Assembly: GCF_035594765.1 (NCBI RefSeq)
Contig: NW_026943824.1
Span: 18,347,237-18,411,236, forward strand
Source of the DNA: Anolis carolinensis
Taxonomy: Eukaryota
Direction of reading: 5' to 3'
DNA: 64,000 nt
How positions within the stretch are numbered: the first letter of the stretch is position 1; each line of letters begins with the position of its first letter. The notes below the pieces were generated by a model. It was not told the DNA's origin. It saw only the letters and a list, made by a program, of their open reading frames with translations, and did not search any database. Position numbers and translations under genes: made by a program. Of the stretch, positions 63,316 to 64,000 are shown piece after piece.

Positions 63316-64000
63316 GTATATACTCGAGTATAAGCCTAGTTTTTCAGCCCCTTTTTAGGACTAAAAAAAGCCCCCCTCGGTTTGTACTTGGGTGAGGCTT
63401 ATATTTGGGTCAGCTTATACTTGAGACTATATGGCACATTTATTATTTTTCTCTATTATTATTGGTATTATTACATTTATTATTTTTCTCTATTATTATT
63501 ACATTTATTATTCTACTCTATTATTGTTGCTATTATTATATTTATGTTTCTCTATTTTTATTATATTAATACATTTATTATTTCACTCTGATATTATTAT
63601 TATTATTACATTTATTATTCTACTCTATTTATTATTACATGTATTATTTTCCTGTATTTATTATTATTATTATTATTATTACATGTATTATTTTACTCTG
63701 TTATTATTAAAAGGATACATTATTATTATTACATTTATTATTTTACTCTATTTATTATTACATGTATTATTTTCCTGTATTTATTATTATTATTATTATT
63801 ACATCTATTATTTTCCTGTATTTATTATTATTATTATTATTATTACATCTATTATTTTACTCTATTATTATTATTAAAAGGATATATAAGCACATTTACA
63901 TTGAAGAAGATGAGAATAATGATTGGATCAGAGTTGGAGAGTCTTCTCTTAAATTTGAGCTTGATGTAAATATTCAAAAACATTTAACCTACTGATGCCT

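Overview
Vertebrate genomic DNA, repeat-rich, with three N gaps. The repeats (Sauria-type SINEs, CR1, R4/Dong, Vingi, Penelope, Helitron, mariner and hAT MITEs) point to a squamate, probably an Anolis lizard (inference). The window holds the syntenic block TMC7 (+, 16 coding exons, 4958-29022, 714 aa), COQ7 (+, 6 exons, 41867-49061, 209 aa) and intronless ITPRIPL2 (+, 56434-57861). The main finding is a 7-exon minus-strand gene I cannot name (41496-32406, ~510 aa) between TMC7 and COQ7. All of its junctions are phase-consistent, it shares a ~370-bp bidirectional CCAAT/GC-box promoter with COQ7, and an RFX X-box lies next to its start codon. From recollection, human has only a COQ7 divergent non-coding transcript here. 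Other notable items: Penelope-derived minimal hammerhead ribozyme motifs, a mariner-borne 63-bp minisatellite with a 9-unit higher-order repeat, a tandem array of R4/Dong 3' tails, and a 154-bp palindrome whose flanks are inverted instead of direct. Exon boundaries were read by eye.
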